From assembly GCA_037969235.1 (NCBI GenBank), contig JBBKXA010000091.1, positions 3,627 through 67,626 on the forward strand: a stretch of DNA of 64,000 nucleotides, written 5' to 3'. This stretch comes from Bdellovibrionales bacterium (GTDB taxonomy: Bacteria; Pseudomonadota; Alphaproteobacteria; Micavibrionales; Micavibrionaceae). The translations under genes and the position numbers were made by a program. Under the pieces are notes generated by a model. It was not told where the DNA came from and did not search any database. It saw only the letters and a list, made by a program, of their open reading frames with translations. Positions 48,051 through 56,870 of this stretch are shown here, in pieces (within the stretch, counting starts at the first letter, position 1; every line of letters starts with the position of its first letter).

Positions 48051-51050
48051 GTGGGTCAAACAAACACAAAGAAAGTTGCAAAATATATTGTAATGCCTGG
48101 AATATTTCCACGCATTAAGCAATTTCTGACGTCTGGGTTTGGCTATATCGCTTTTCTTATGGCGCAAATATATTCAATGGTGCGCCTTTTGCCACCCCAG
48201 CACCCCTATCTTGATCCAAAAAACATTGGTCATTATGGAATTCGCCACGTCATAGCACAAGCTGCAAACAATTTGGTCATGAGCAAAAAGAATATAGATC
48301 AAATTATAGTCTTCATCCTGATGCTTACGGGCGTAGTTTTAATTTTAGTCCAGCTTGGCGCCGTATTGTTTAGTGTTATTTTCGGCTCCGCCATGGCTTT
48401 GCCAACCATTTTTGAAACTGTAAACCCCGATAATGACATTGCTTTTATGTTGCTCGACCAAGTTTTTGGAGTTGGTGCATTACAAGCTGGTGGCACACCA
48501 TTTTTTAATTCATGCGTTTCGCAAGAAATAAGGTGTTTTCCAACAGATATAAATGGGCGGACATTCCCTTGGCCATTCCATTACGCTCTGCAGAACCTGT
48601 TTCGTTTTTATTCGCTAGGTATTTTGGTCATAGGTACAATTATTTTCCTATATTTTATGATGGTTATCGTCGTCGAAACTGCCACTTCGGGCACGCCCTT
48701 TGGTCAGCGCTTTCAAAATGTATGGGTACCCATTCGCCTTGTTATGGCCGTAGGGCTTTTGATCCCTTTAGGGTTTGGTTATAATGCTGGTCAATATATC
48801 ACTTTTATGTCTGCGAAGCTTGGCTCTGGCATGGCCACCAATGGCTGGATTGCGTATAATCGCGGTATCGAAACACCTGGGCCTGGCTCCACCTTAACAG
48901 CAAATAACGCAACAGGTGAGGACGAAAATTTAATTGCCATGCCCGCACAACCTGACGCCGCAATTTTTGCACAAATGATGTCCATCGTGCACTCGTGCGC
49001 TTTTGCGCACTATTTGCACAACCCACTTATTACCCAAGGTAGCGGCACAGCAAGAAACAATTCAATAAATGTACAGTTTCCGGAAAATCAATTCACCGCC
49101 ATTTGGTACTATTTCAATCCAAAAGCTGTAAAGCCATATTACGTAAAAGCAGAATCCCCTTGGCAAACGGGCGGGACCGTTGCAGAAGGCTTTCCGCTCG
49201 TACCCGACCCCTACCAAGAAGCTTTAGATTTTTATTCAAGTGGCGATATTATCATTCGTTTTGGGCGTGATGACCCTAATGGCTATTCTAATGATGAATA
49301 TACAGGAAAAATTGAACCCACCTGCGGAGAAATTCGTATTCCGATTAGTGACCGCAGAAAAACAACTAACACATCCATGCACATTCCCGGACCAGGAGAA
49401 GATAATGCTGGATATTTAGGCAGTGTAGCTCTCCAGCGTTTTTACTTTAATCTTATTAGCAGACTCTGGGGAGGATTTGGCATGTCCGAGGATTATATCG
49501 ATTTTGCTGGCCGCATGACAATGCTCTCCTCGCCTAAAGATAAGAGTGACAATGCTCATACACCCTGCGAAATGGGATGTGCAGGGCCAGTTGGCGTAAA
49601 TCCAGGACTCCCTGGCGGTGGCTGTGGAGCACCTGATTACCGCACCTCTGCTTGTGCACGAGACCCTGTCACATCGCTTTGGAAACAAAGAGCCATCGAT
49701 AAACTACAATTAGAAATCAATACCAATTTCGGCAATATTTGGCGCAATTATAATCAAGGCACCAATCAATTCGATACCACAGCAGAAATGCGCGATCGTG
49801 GCTGGGGCGGAGCAGGAATATGGTTCAATACCATCGCCGCAGTAAATGGCGCGTTTGTTGCTTCTGCCCTTGACGTGCCCTCCCTTACAACATATCCGCT
49901 GTTAATGGAAAAAGTACGTGCCGAAAAAGTTGGAAAAGACACGGGCGCTAGTGGTATTGAACTCTTTAATCCGAACGCATCCATTGATGGGCGAGAAGTT
50001 GCAATTAAAGAACTTGGCCCCGATGCAATGCCAGCGGCCAAATCAATGTATCACGTCATTGAATATTGGAATCAAGACAGTGCCAACATGGCGCATGCCA
50101 GCAAAACAACCAGTGCTGGCGCCATGGAAGACGCCATGAATATTATTTTTGGTACATATGGTTTATTTGCCATGACCGACGACAATGAGAATATCCACCC
50201 ACTTTCACAACTGGTGACGCTGGGCAAAGGCCTTGTTGAATCGGCTGTACGAAACGTGACGGGGGCTTCTCTTGCCTCAGCTATGGGCGGTGCTGCAAAA
50301 GCTATGGACACCTCCGCAGGACCTCTAGTCCAAGCGGCAAGTGGATTTTTAATGTCCACAGCCTTTGTTGGGCTCACGGCTGGGTTTGTTTTATACTATG
50401 TCCTACCATTTTTGCCTTTTGTGTATTTCTACTTTGCGGTCGCATCATGGTTAAAAACTATTTTCGAAGCCATGGTCGGCGTACCATTGTGGGCATTGGC
50501 GCATTTAAGATTGGATGGAGACGGCCTGCCTGGTGATTCCGCTTCCAACGGCTATTTTCTCATATTTGAAATTTTCATTCGCCCTATCCTGACCGTAGCA
50601 GGCTTAGTGGCCGCATTATTAATCTTTACCGCGCAAGTACGCATCTTAAACTTTATATGGCCAATTGTTACAAATTCAGTAGGCGGGTTTAACACTGATC
50701 CACTGGCAACACCAGCATTAGTCGCTGACCTTGCATTCAAAAAGCCGATTATTGACCAATTCTTCTACACTGTTATTTACGCGATTATTGTGTACATGCT
50801 GGCCACGACATCATTTAAACTGATTGATAAAATTCCTGACAACCTTTTGCGTTGGATGGGACAGGGCGTATCATCCTTCGGGGACCTCGATCAAGATCCA
50901 ACACAAAACCTTACCCGTTACGCGGCCATGGGTGGTATGACCGCCGGCCAACAAGCAGCGCAAGGAATTAATCAATTAGCCGGTGGATTAGGCGGCGGAG
51001 CTGGGCAAATATTAACTGGTGGCGGTACGTCCAAAATACCAGGTAGATAG
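48051..51050 (+). CDS. Large polytopic membrane protein, paralog 1 of 3; DotA/TraY-like architecture (family assignment tentative)
   Basis: The protein is 999 aa. The GTG start is supported by alignment of its N-terminus with the two downstream paralogs. About 8 hydrophobic segments are arranged as 4 N-terminal, a roughly 500-aa Cys-containing loop, then 4 C-terminal. Shared motifs are 'GIRHVIAQAANN', 'ETATSGTPFGQRFQNVWVPIR', 'GWGGAGIWFN', 'LPFLPFVYF' and 'PLWALAHLRLDGDGLPG'. Confidence 0.7.
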   Translation: MGQTNTKKVAKYIVMPGIFPRIKQFLTSGFGYIAFLMAQIYSMVRLLPPQHPYLDPKNIGHYGIRHVIAQAANNLVMSKKNIDQIIVFILMLTGVVLILVQLGAVLFSVIFGSAMALPTIFETVNPDNDIAFMLLDQVFGVGALQAGGTPFFNSCVSQEIRCFPTDINGRTFPWPFHYALQNLFRFYSLGILVIGTIIFLYFMMVIVVETATSGTPFGQRFQNVWVPIRLVMAVGLLIPLGFGYNAGQYITFMSAKLGSGMATNGWIAYNRGIETPGPGSTLTANNATGEDENLIAMPAQPDAAIFAQMMSIVHSCAFAHYLHNPLITQGSGTARNNSINVQFPENQFTAIWYYFNPKAVKPYYVKAESPWQTGGTVAEGFPLVPDPYQEALDFYSSGDIIIRFGRDDPNGYSNDEYTGKIEPTCGEIRIPISDRRKTTNTSMHIPGPGEDNAGYLGSVALQRFYFNLISRLWGGFGMSEDYIDFAGRMTMLSSPKDKSDNAHTPCEMGCAGPVGVNPGLPGGGCGAPDYRTSACARDPVTSLWKQRAIDKLQLEINTNFGNIWRNYNQGTNQFDTTAEMRDRGWGGAGIWFNTIAAVNGAFVASALDVPSLTTYPLLMEKVRAEKVGKDTGASGIELFNPNASIDGREVAIKELGPDAMPAAKSMYHVIEYWNQDSANMAHASKTTSAGAMEDAMNIIFGTYGLFAMTDDNENIHPLSQLVTLGKGLVESAVRNVTGASLASAMGGAAKAMDTSAGPLVQAASGFLMSTAFVGLTAGFVLYYVLPFLPFVYFYFAVASWLKTIFEAMVGVPLWALAHLRLDGDGLPGDSASNGYFLIFEIFIRPILTVAGLVAALLIFTAQVRILNFIWPIVTNSVGGFNTDPLATPALVADLAFKKPIIDQFFYTVIYAIIVYMLATTSFKLIDKIPDNLLRWMGQGVSSFGDLDQDPTQNLTRYAAMGGMTAGQQAAQGINQLAGGLGGGAGQILTGGGTSKIPGR

Positions 51051-51078
51051 TAAATTAGTATGAAAGCAAAAAAATAGT

Positions 51079-53874
51079 ATGAGTAGTTTTACAAAAAGAG
51101 ATTTTATAAATTATGCGGTGTTGCCGGGTTTCCGCCAACGCTTGCAGGATCTTTTGGAAAGCGGCTTTCAATATATCCCCTATTTTATCGCAATTGTATA
51201 TGGCGCTGTACGTCTGTTACCTGAAGGTCATCCCTACCTCAGCCCAGTGAATATGGGGCGCTTCGGTATTCGCCATGTCATTGCCGAAGCCGCAAACAAT
51301 ATCGTTTTATCCAGAAAAAATATTGACCAGATTTTATTATTTGTCTGTGTGCTTTTTGGATTAATAATTGTGATTCTTCAACTTATTTTACTGTTCACAG
51401 GTATTGTCATCCAGCCAGTAATGGCCCTACCAACGATGCCCACAAATTTTGCTGGATTTTTTGTCACACCAAATCCTGAACAAGATCTTGCCCACATCAT
51501 GCTTGATATGGTGTTTGGAATACCCAATTTATTCGATTCCTGTGTCGGCACTGGCACAGCTTGCCGCAATATTTTTGGAACGGCCATTGTCAAAGATGCT
51601 GGAGCACCTGGAGGGGTGTGGCTTATGGAAGGAACAGCCCTACCTTTCCCAATTCACCGCGGCTTACATGAACTTTTTTATATCTATAATATCGGCCTAA
51701 CCATCGTGGGTGTATTCATCGCCTCATATTTCATAGCGACCGTTGTGTTGGAAACCGCACAAACAGGTACACCAATGGGCAAGCGTTTTAACAAAGTCTG
51801 GGCGCCTGTACGCTTTGTCGTCGCCTTTGGCCTTCTCTTTCCGATCACCTACCATTTAAGTTCTGCGCAATATATTGTGCTTTATGCGGCGAAATTCGGC
51901 TCTGGCTTTGCCACAAACGGCTGGACAATGTTTTATGAAACGATGAATTATTATAATCCTAAAACCTTGCTGCCAGGGGTCACAGATAATGACCCAACAG
52001 TGCCTTCAGCCACAGGTCATGTGGCCAAACCACAAACACCTGATTTGACTGGCCTTATCCAGTTTTTATTCGTAGCCAAAGCGTGTGCAGATGCACACAA
52101 GCTGGCCTACCCATCTATGTTAAACATCGAGCCTTACATCGTAAAAAACACGGTCAGCACAGTACCATATTATCAATTCACTGTTGCGAGTGGCACTCCA
52201 GCCGAATATGATAATATCATTAATTTTATTGAAGGCGAAAATAAAATAATAATCCGCTTTGGTTATCCCAGCGCCCGAGACAACCCAAATGCGATGGGAA
52301 CAATAGCGCCAATTTGCGGTGAATTAAATTATACGGTCACCGATCCAAGACTATCTAGCATTCCAGCAAACCCAGATACAGCTGCAGAGCCCGCCATCGT
52401 TGCTTTGCAAATGCAACATTTACAAATAATATCAAATATGTGGTATTCGTGGCTAGACAACCTAGGGATAAATGGGGAACCTAACGTGCCCGACCGCTTC
52501 GCTAGAAGATACGCGCAATTTAATGCAACTAAAGCATATGACCCCAATCTCGTCATTCCAGATATCTCTTACAAGCGCGCGCTTATTGATTCATCACAAG
52601 CATTTTTAGAAGGCGTCATCAACGCCAGTGTAGATGTGCATGAGCAATCAAACAGCCAGGATTTTTACAAAGCCACCTTTACCGAAAAAGGTTGGGGCGG
52701 CGCTGGTATTTGGTTTAATAAAATTGCCGAATTAAATGGCTCCTTTTCATCAGCCGTTCTCAACGCCCCAACGCCAACAAGCTTTCCTTCAATCATGGAA
52801 AGTGTTTATGCCGAAAAGCGCCAAGGAGAAGAAGGACTCGACTTTGCAGAGCGTTTTAATCCGCGATCCAATAATGGTCAAGCTTCGGAGAGCTTGTCAG
52901 AAACGGATAAAAAAATCGCTTACGTACTTTGGAACGCCTATAACTATTGGGAAGACGTGACAAGCTCATCGTACACCGCACCGACAGGAAACAACATTAT
53001 CGACATAATCAATGCGTTATTCGGCACTGAAGGCTTGTTTAATATGCGTAAAAACGAAGGTGTACACCCGCTGGCACAACTCGCAGGTGTCGGTCGATCA
53101 TTGGTCGAAGGCGCTGTACGTAACCTCAGCTACGCCGCTATTGGCGGGGCAAGCGGCGGATTGGCAAGACTTGCGGATGCCGCAGGTTTCGCAGGAGCCG
53201 CGTCTAACGCTTCAAGCTTCCTCATAACATTCGCGATGATCGGTTTAACGGCGGGATTCGTTTTATTTTATGTTGTACCGTTCTTACCATTTATATACTT
53301 TTTCTTCGCACTTGGCGGCTGGGTGAAGGGCATATTCGAAGCCATGGTCGGCGCGCCGCTATGGGCATTGGCGCACTTACGTATTGATGGGCACGGTCTA
53401 TCAGGGCAGGCTGCCGTGAGCGGTTACTTCCTAATATTCGAAGTGTTCTTACGCCCGATACTCATTGTATTCGGTCTACTCGCAAGTATTTCCATTTTCT
53501 CTGCCCTCGTGAGTGTTTTAAATCAAATTTTTGATTTGGTTGTTATGAATGTGGGCGGCTTTGATGCAAAATATGAAATGACTGGCGCTGGAGCTTCTAG
53601 CAAAATGGGTGTAATGCGCTCGGCATTAGATAAGTTTTTCTACACCATTATTTACACTATTATTGTCTATCTCATTGGAATGTCCTGTTTTAAACTCGTC
53701 GATTTAATTCCGAACAATATTCTGCGGTGGATGGGGCAATCCGTGGCAACATTTGGCGACCAACAGGAAGATTTTGGACAAAGCTTGGTGGGCACGTCTA
53801 CCATGGGCGCGCAACAAACACTCGGCTCACTCAGTGGAGGTCTACAAAAAATGGCTTCAATTGGTAAATCCTAA
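51079..53874 (+). CDS. Large polytopic membrane protein, paralog 2 of 3; DotA/TraY-like architecture (tentative)
   Basis: The protein is 931 aa and begins 28 bp after paralog 1. Shared motifs are 'GIRHVIAEAANN', 'ETAQTGTPMGKRFNKVWAPVR', 'GWGGAGIWFN', 'VPFLPFIYF' and 'PLWALAHLRIDGHGLSG'. Confidence 0.7.
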   Translation: MSSFTKRDFINYAVLPGFRQRLQDLLESGFQYIPYFIAIVYGAVRLLPEGHPYLSPVNMGRFGIRHVIAEAANNIVLSRKNIDQILLFVCVLFGLIIVILQLILLFTGIVIQPVMALPTMPTNFAGFFVTPNPEQDLAHIMLDMVFGIPNLFDSCVGTGTACRNIFGTAIVKDAGAPGGVWLMEGTALPFPIHRGLHELFYIYNIGLTIVGVFIASYFIATVVLETAQTGTPMGKRFNKVWAPVRFVVAFGLLFPITYHLSSAQYIVLYAAKFGSGFATNGWTMFYETMNYYNPKTLLPGVTDNDPTVPSATGHVAKPQTPDLTGLIQFLFVAKACADAHKLAYPSMLNIEPYIVKNTVSTVPYYQFTVASGTPAEYDNIINFIEGENKIIIRFGYPSARDNPNAMGTIAPICGELNYTVTDPRLSSIPANPDTAAEPAIVALQMQHLQIISNMWYSWLDNLGINGEPNVPDRFARRYAQFNATKAYDPNLVIPDISYKRALIDSSQAFLEGVINASVDVHEQSNSQDFYKATFTEKGWGGAGIWFNKIAELNGSFSSAVLNAPTPTSFPSIMESVYAEKRQGEEGLDFAERFNPRSNNGQASESLSETDKKIAYVLWNAYNYWEDVTSSSYTAPTGNNIIDIINALFGTEGLFNMRKNEGVHPLAQLAGVGRSLVEGAVRNLSYAAIGGASGGLARLADAAGFAGAASNASSFLITFAMIGLTAGFVLFYVVPFLPFIYFFFALGGWVKGIFEAMVGAPLWALAHLRIDGHGLSGQAAVSGYFLIFEVFLRPILIVFGLLASISIFSALVSVLNQIFDLVVMNVGGFDAKYEMTGAGASSKMGVMRSALDKFFYTIIYTIIVYLIGMSCFKLVDLIPNNILRWMGQSVATFGDQQEDFGQSLVGTSTMGAQQTLGSLSGGLQKMASIGKS

Positions 53875-53951
53875 TAGAAAAGCGCAAATAATAACGTAGG
53901 AAGTATTTTGTTTAAATTCATACCACATAAGAAAGCAGGACAGAGTTTCAA

Positions 53952-56714
53952 ATGGCAACAAGCCGCGGCATATTAAAAAAGACTTTATTACCGGGAATCA
54001 TCCCGCGTATTTTGTCGCTGTTTAAATCGGGCTTCGTCCAAATGGCTTACTGCATTGCATTGGTCTACGCCAATGTACGTCTCCTACCGCCAAATCACCC
54101 CTATCTTAATCCCCAAAATATTGGCAGCTTCGGTATACGCCACGTCATTGCCGAAGCCGCAAATAATCTGGTTTTCAAAAGACAGAATATTGACCAGATT
54201 TTTATCTTTTTTCTCATCATGGCTGGTTTTGTTTTAATAATAATGCAATTTGGTCTATTGGCCATCGCCCTGCTTGCCGAACAACCCGCATTGGCTTTGG
54301 GCATTTTAAATGTTACGGAACTATTCGAAAACCCAAATACCGCCACCGGCTCACAAGGCCCCGCGCAGGATATAGCCTTCATTCTCATGGATCGGGTTTT
54401 TGGCGTAAAAGGATTTTTTGATTCTTGCGTATCGGATACTGCTGTAGCTTGTCTGTCTATGGACGGCGTAACACCTTACCCAACTCCCACAACGTATCCA
54501 TTTGCTTTTCACATTGGCCTTCATAAAATTCTACAGTTTTATTCGAATGGAATATTCCTCGTTGGCGTAATGGTCATCATTTATTTTGTCATTGCTGTAA
54601 CCGCAGAAACCGCGCAAACAGGAATGCCCTTCGGCCAGCGTTTCAACAAAGCATGGGTACCTGTTCGTTTTATCCTGTTTTTCGCGCTCATCATGCCTAT
54701 TAATATCGGTCAAGATAACGAGGGCTTTAATCTTGCACAACTCATCACATTTAAAGTCGTGCAGATGGGATCAAACTTTGCATCCAATGGATGGGCCTTT
54801 TTTAACAATGGTTCTACAGCAGGCGGCCCATTAACCCCAGGTTTATCCGACAGCTACATGACCCAGCAATATGACATGATCGCCACACCCAACGTCCCGG
54901 ACATCACCGAGCTTGTACACACGATGTTTGTCGCCCGCACATGTGCAACGGCATATCATTTCGTCAAAGGAACCGAAGACGGATTTTTAATCGATGCTTA
55001 TGTTATTCGCCAATCCACCCCTGGACTACCTTCCACAGTAAACGGCGGTGCAGGCGTTTTAGCAGATTCAATCCCTTTGGAAACAACAACCTATATAGCA
55101 GCAAGGGATTTTTCTTATAATGGCAATTTAACTATCCGTTTTGGTGAACGCCTTCGCCCTGGAAGTCAGTTAGAGACCGACAAAGGAGATGAATACAGAA
55201 ACTACGCCGGTGGCGTCAAACCCTATTGCGGGGATGTAACCATTCAAATTCAGAGCCAAACCCAACCCGCCGCAGAATTCATTTTCAACCAATATTATAA
55301 TATGATGCAAGGCATGTGGCTTGACACCAACCAAATTAGCCGCGCGCGTTGCATCGCTTATAAATATATAAATTCCAACTTAGAGCCAAACTGCACACCA
55401 CAACCCACAGAAGCTTGGGCAACATCACAAACAACAGCATACCAATTGGCACTCGTAGCCTACGTTCAAGGCGGAATTAATCAACAAAGAGCATTAGCGG
55501 ACTTTGATGTGAATGCTAATCTTATCTCACGCGGTTGGGCGGGAGCCTCAATATGGTATAATCGCATCGCAGATATGAATGGCGCCGTCACAGCGGCCGC
55601 ATATAATATCCCTAAAAGCTCAAAAGCACCATGGATTTACGAAATTGCTGCCAAAAGCGCCGCACAAGAAAATGAGATGGTCACATCCGCTATGATGAAC
55701 AATCAAGCCATGGCAAGCCGTTTAGGCTTAAACACTTTACTTGATATCGAAGAAGGAGAACGTGAAATTCTTCAAGCTATGAACTATGCCAATGGTTTTT
55801 GGAAAAGCAAAAGCGTCAATAATTTTCAAAATAAAACTGATCATATCTTGATTGATTTTATTAATGCCGTCATGGGAACAAGCGGGATTTTTGAAATGCG
55901 TAAAAACACAAATGTGCACCCACTCGCACAACTCAGCGCATTGGGCAAAGGTATGATGGAGGCCGTTAGCCGTAACGCCGCTTATGGCTTAGTCCTTAGT
56001 GGAGCAACATCTCTAGGCTTTACAATGGGTGATATCACTGGCGACATGGTTGGCGTGGCCAAAGGATTTTTCTTTACAATGGTTATGACGACCATGGCCA
56101 TGTCGGCGATTTTATATTATGTTCTGCCATTCCTACCCTTTATATATTTCCTATTTGCCATCAGCGGCTGGATCAAAAGTATATTCGAAGCCATCGTTGC
56201 AATGCCTTTGTGGGCACTCGCGCATTTACGCATTGACGGTGAAGGTATATCAGGCCCCGGAGCCACTAATGGGTATTTCTTATTACTTGAAATTTTCCTC
56301 CGCCCCATACTTATTTTATTCGGTTTCGTGGCCAGCATATCTATTTTCTCTGCTCTCGTAAGTGTACTGAACCAAATCTTTGATCTGGTCGTGGGCAATG
56401 TCGGCGGGTTTGATAATGAGTTTGAGCAAACGGGCGCCCTCATCCAAATGCTTGACGTCGCGCGCAACCCAATTGATGAATTTTTCTATACCGCCATGTA
56501 TGTCATCATCTGCTACTTAATCGGAATGTCATGTTTCAAACTCGTTGATAATATACCCAACAGCATCTTGCGCTGGATCGGGTCTTCTGTTCCTACAATG
56601 CAAGAACAATCGCAAGACCCTGCTGGCAAGCTAAGCAGTCAAGTTTTCCGTGGTACAAACCTTCTTGGAAACCAAATGCGTGGCAAAATGGGCGGCGATG
56701 TGGCGCTGATGTAA
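53952..56714 (+). CDS. Large polytopic membrane protein, paralog 3 of 3; DotA/TraY-like architecture (tentative)
   Basis: The protein is 920 aa and begins 77 bp after paralog 2. Shared motifs are 'GIRHVIAEAANN', 'ETAQTGMPFGQRFNKAWVPVR', 'GWAGASIWYN', 'LPFLPFIYF' and 'PLWALAHLRIDGEGISG'. Confidence 0.7.
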   Translation: MATSRGILKKTLLPGIIPRILSLFKSGFVQMAYCIALVYANVRLLPPNHPYLNPQNIGSFGIRHVIAEAANNLVFKRQNIDQIFIFFLIMAGFVLIIMQFGLLAIALLAEQPALALGILNVTELFENPNTATGSQGPAQDIAFILMDRVFGVKGFFDSCVSDTAVACLSMDGVTPYPTPTTYPFAFHIGLHKILQFYSNGIFLVGVMVIIYFVIAVTAETAQTGMPFGQRFNKAWVPVRFILFFALIMPINIGQDNEGFNLAQLITFKVVQMGSNFASNGWAFFNNGSTAGGPLTPGLSDSYMTQQYDMIATPNVPDITELVHTMFVARTCATAYHFVKGTEDGFLIDAYVIRQSTPGLPSTVNGGAGVLADSIPLETTTYIAARDFSYNGNLTIRFGERLRPGSQLETDKGDEYRNYAGGVKPYCGDVTIQIQSQTQPAAEFIFNQYYNMMQGMWLDTNQISRARCIAYKYINSNLEPNCTPQPTEAWATSQTTAYQLALVAYVQGGINQQRALADFDVNANLISRGWAGASIWYNRIADMNGAVTAAAYNIPKSSKAPWIYEIAAKSAAQENEMVTSAMMNNQAMASRLGLNTLLDIEEGEREILQAMNYANGFWKSKSVNNFQNKTDHILIDFINAVMGTSGIFEMRKNTNVHPLAQLSALGKGMMEAVSRNAAYGLVLSGATSLGFTMGDITGDMVGVAKGFFFTMVMTTMAMSAILYYVLPFLPFIYFLFAISGWIKSIFEAIVAMPLWALAHLRIDGEGISGPGATNGYFLLLEIFLRPILILFGFVASISIFSALVSVLNQIFDLVVGNVGGFDNEFEQTGALIQMLDVARNPIDEFFYTAMYVIICYLIGMSCFKLVDNIPNSILRWIGSSVPTMQEQSQDPAGKLSSQVFRGTNLLGNQMRGKMGGDVALM

Positions 56715-56870
56715 TAGACCTAAGCCAAGCCCAATTTCAACATATTAATACTGGCAATTTTGTGCAAAACGCGTTATAAAGCTTTAATCACAATCACCAA
56801 ACGAAAATGTAGGGTCACCCCAAATGGATAACCAGACAAAATGTGCGGAAAAATTTGGACACCTATAATC

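Noticed and set aside
51060-51077. A mini-ORF 'MKAKK*' and the duplicated 'agtatga' motif in the 28-bp gap between paralogs 1 and 2.
   Set aside because: It has only five codons, and the second 'agtatga' is simply the start region of paralog 2. There is no basis for proposing a leader peptide.
47764-56870. The paralog triplet as a recently acquired genomic island or mobile element.
   Set aside because: No integrase, transposase, tRNA, flanking direct repeats or plasmid or phage genes are visible. Coding composition looks similar to neighbouring housekeeping genes, judged by eye only. The paralogs are saturated with synonymous differences, indicating long residence or an ancient duplication.
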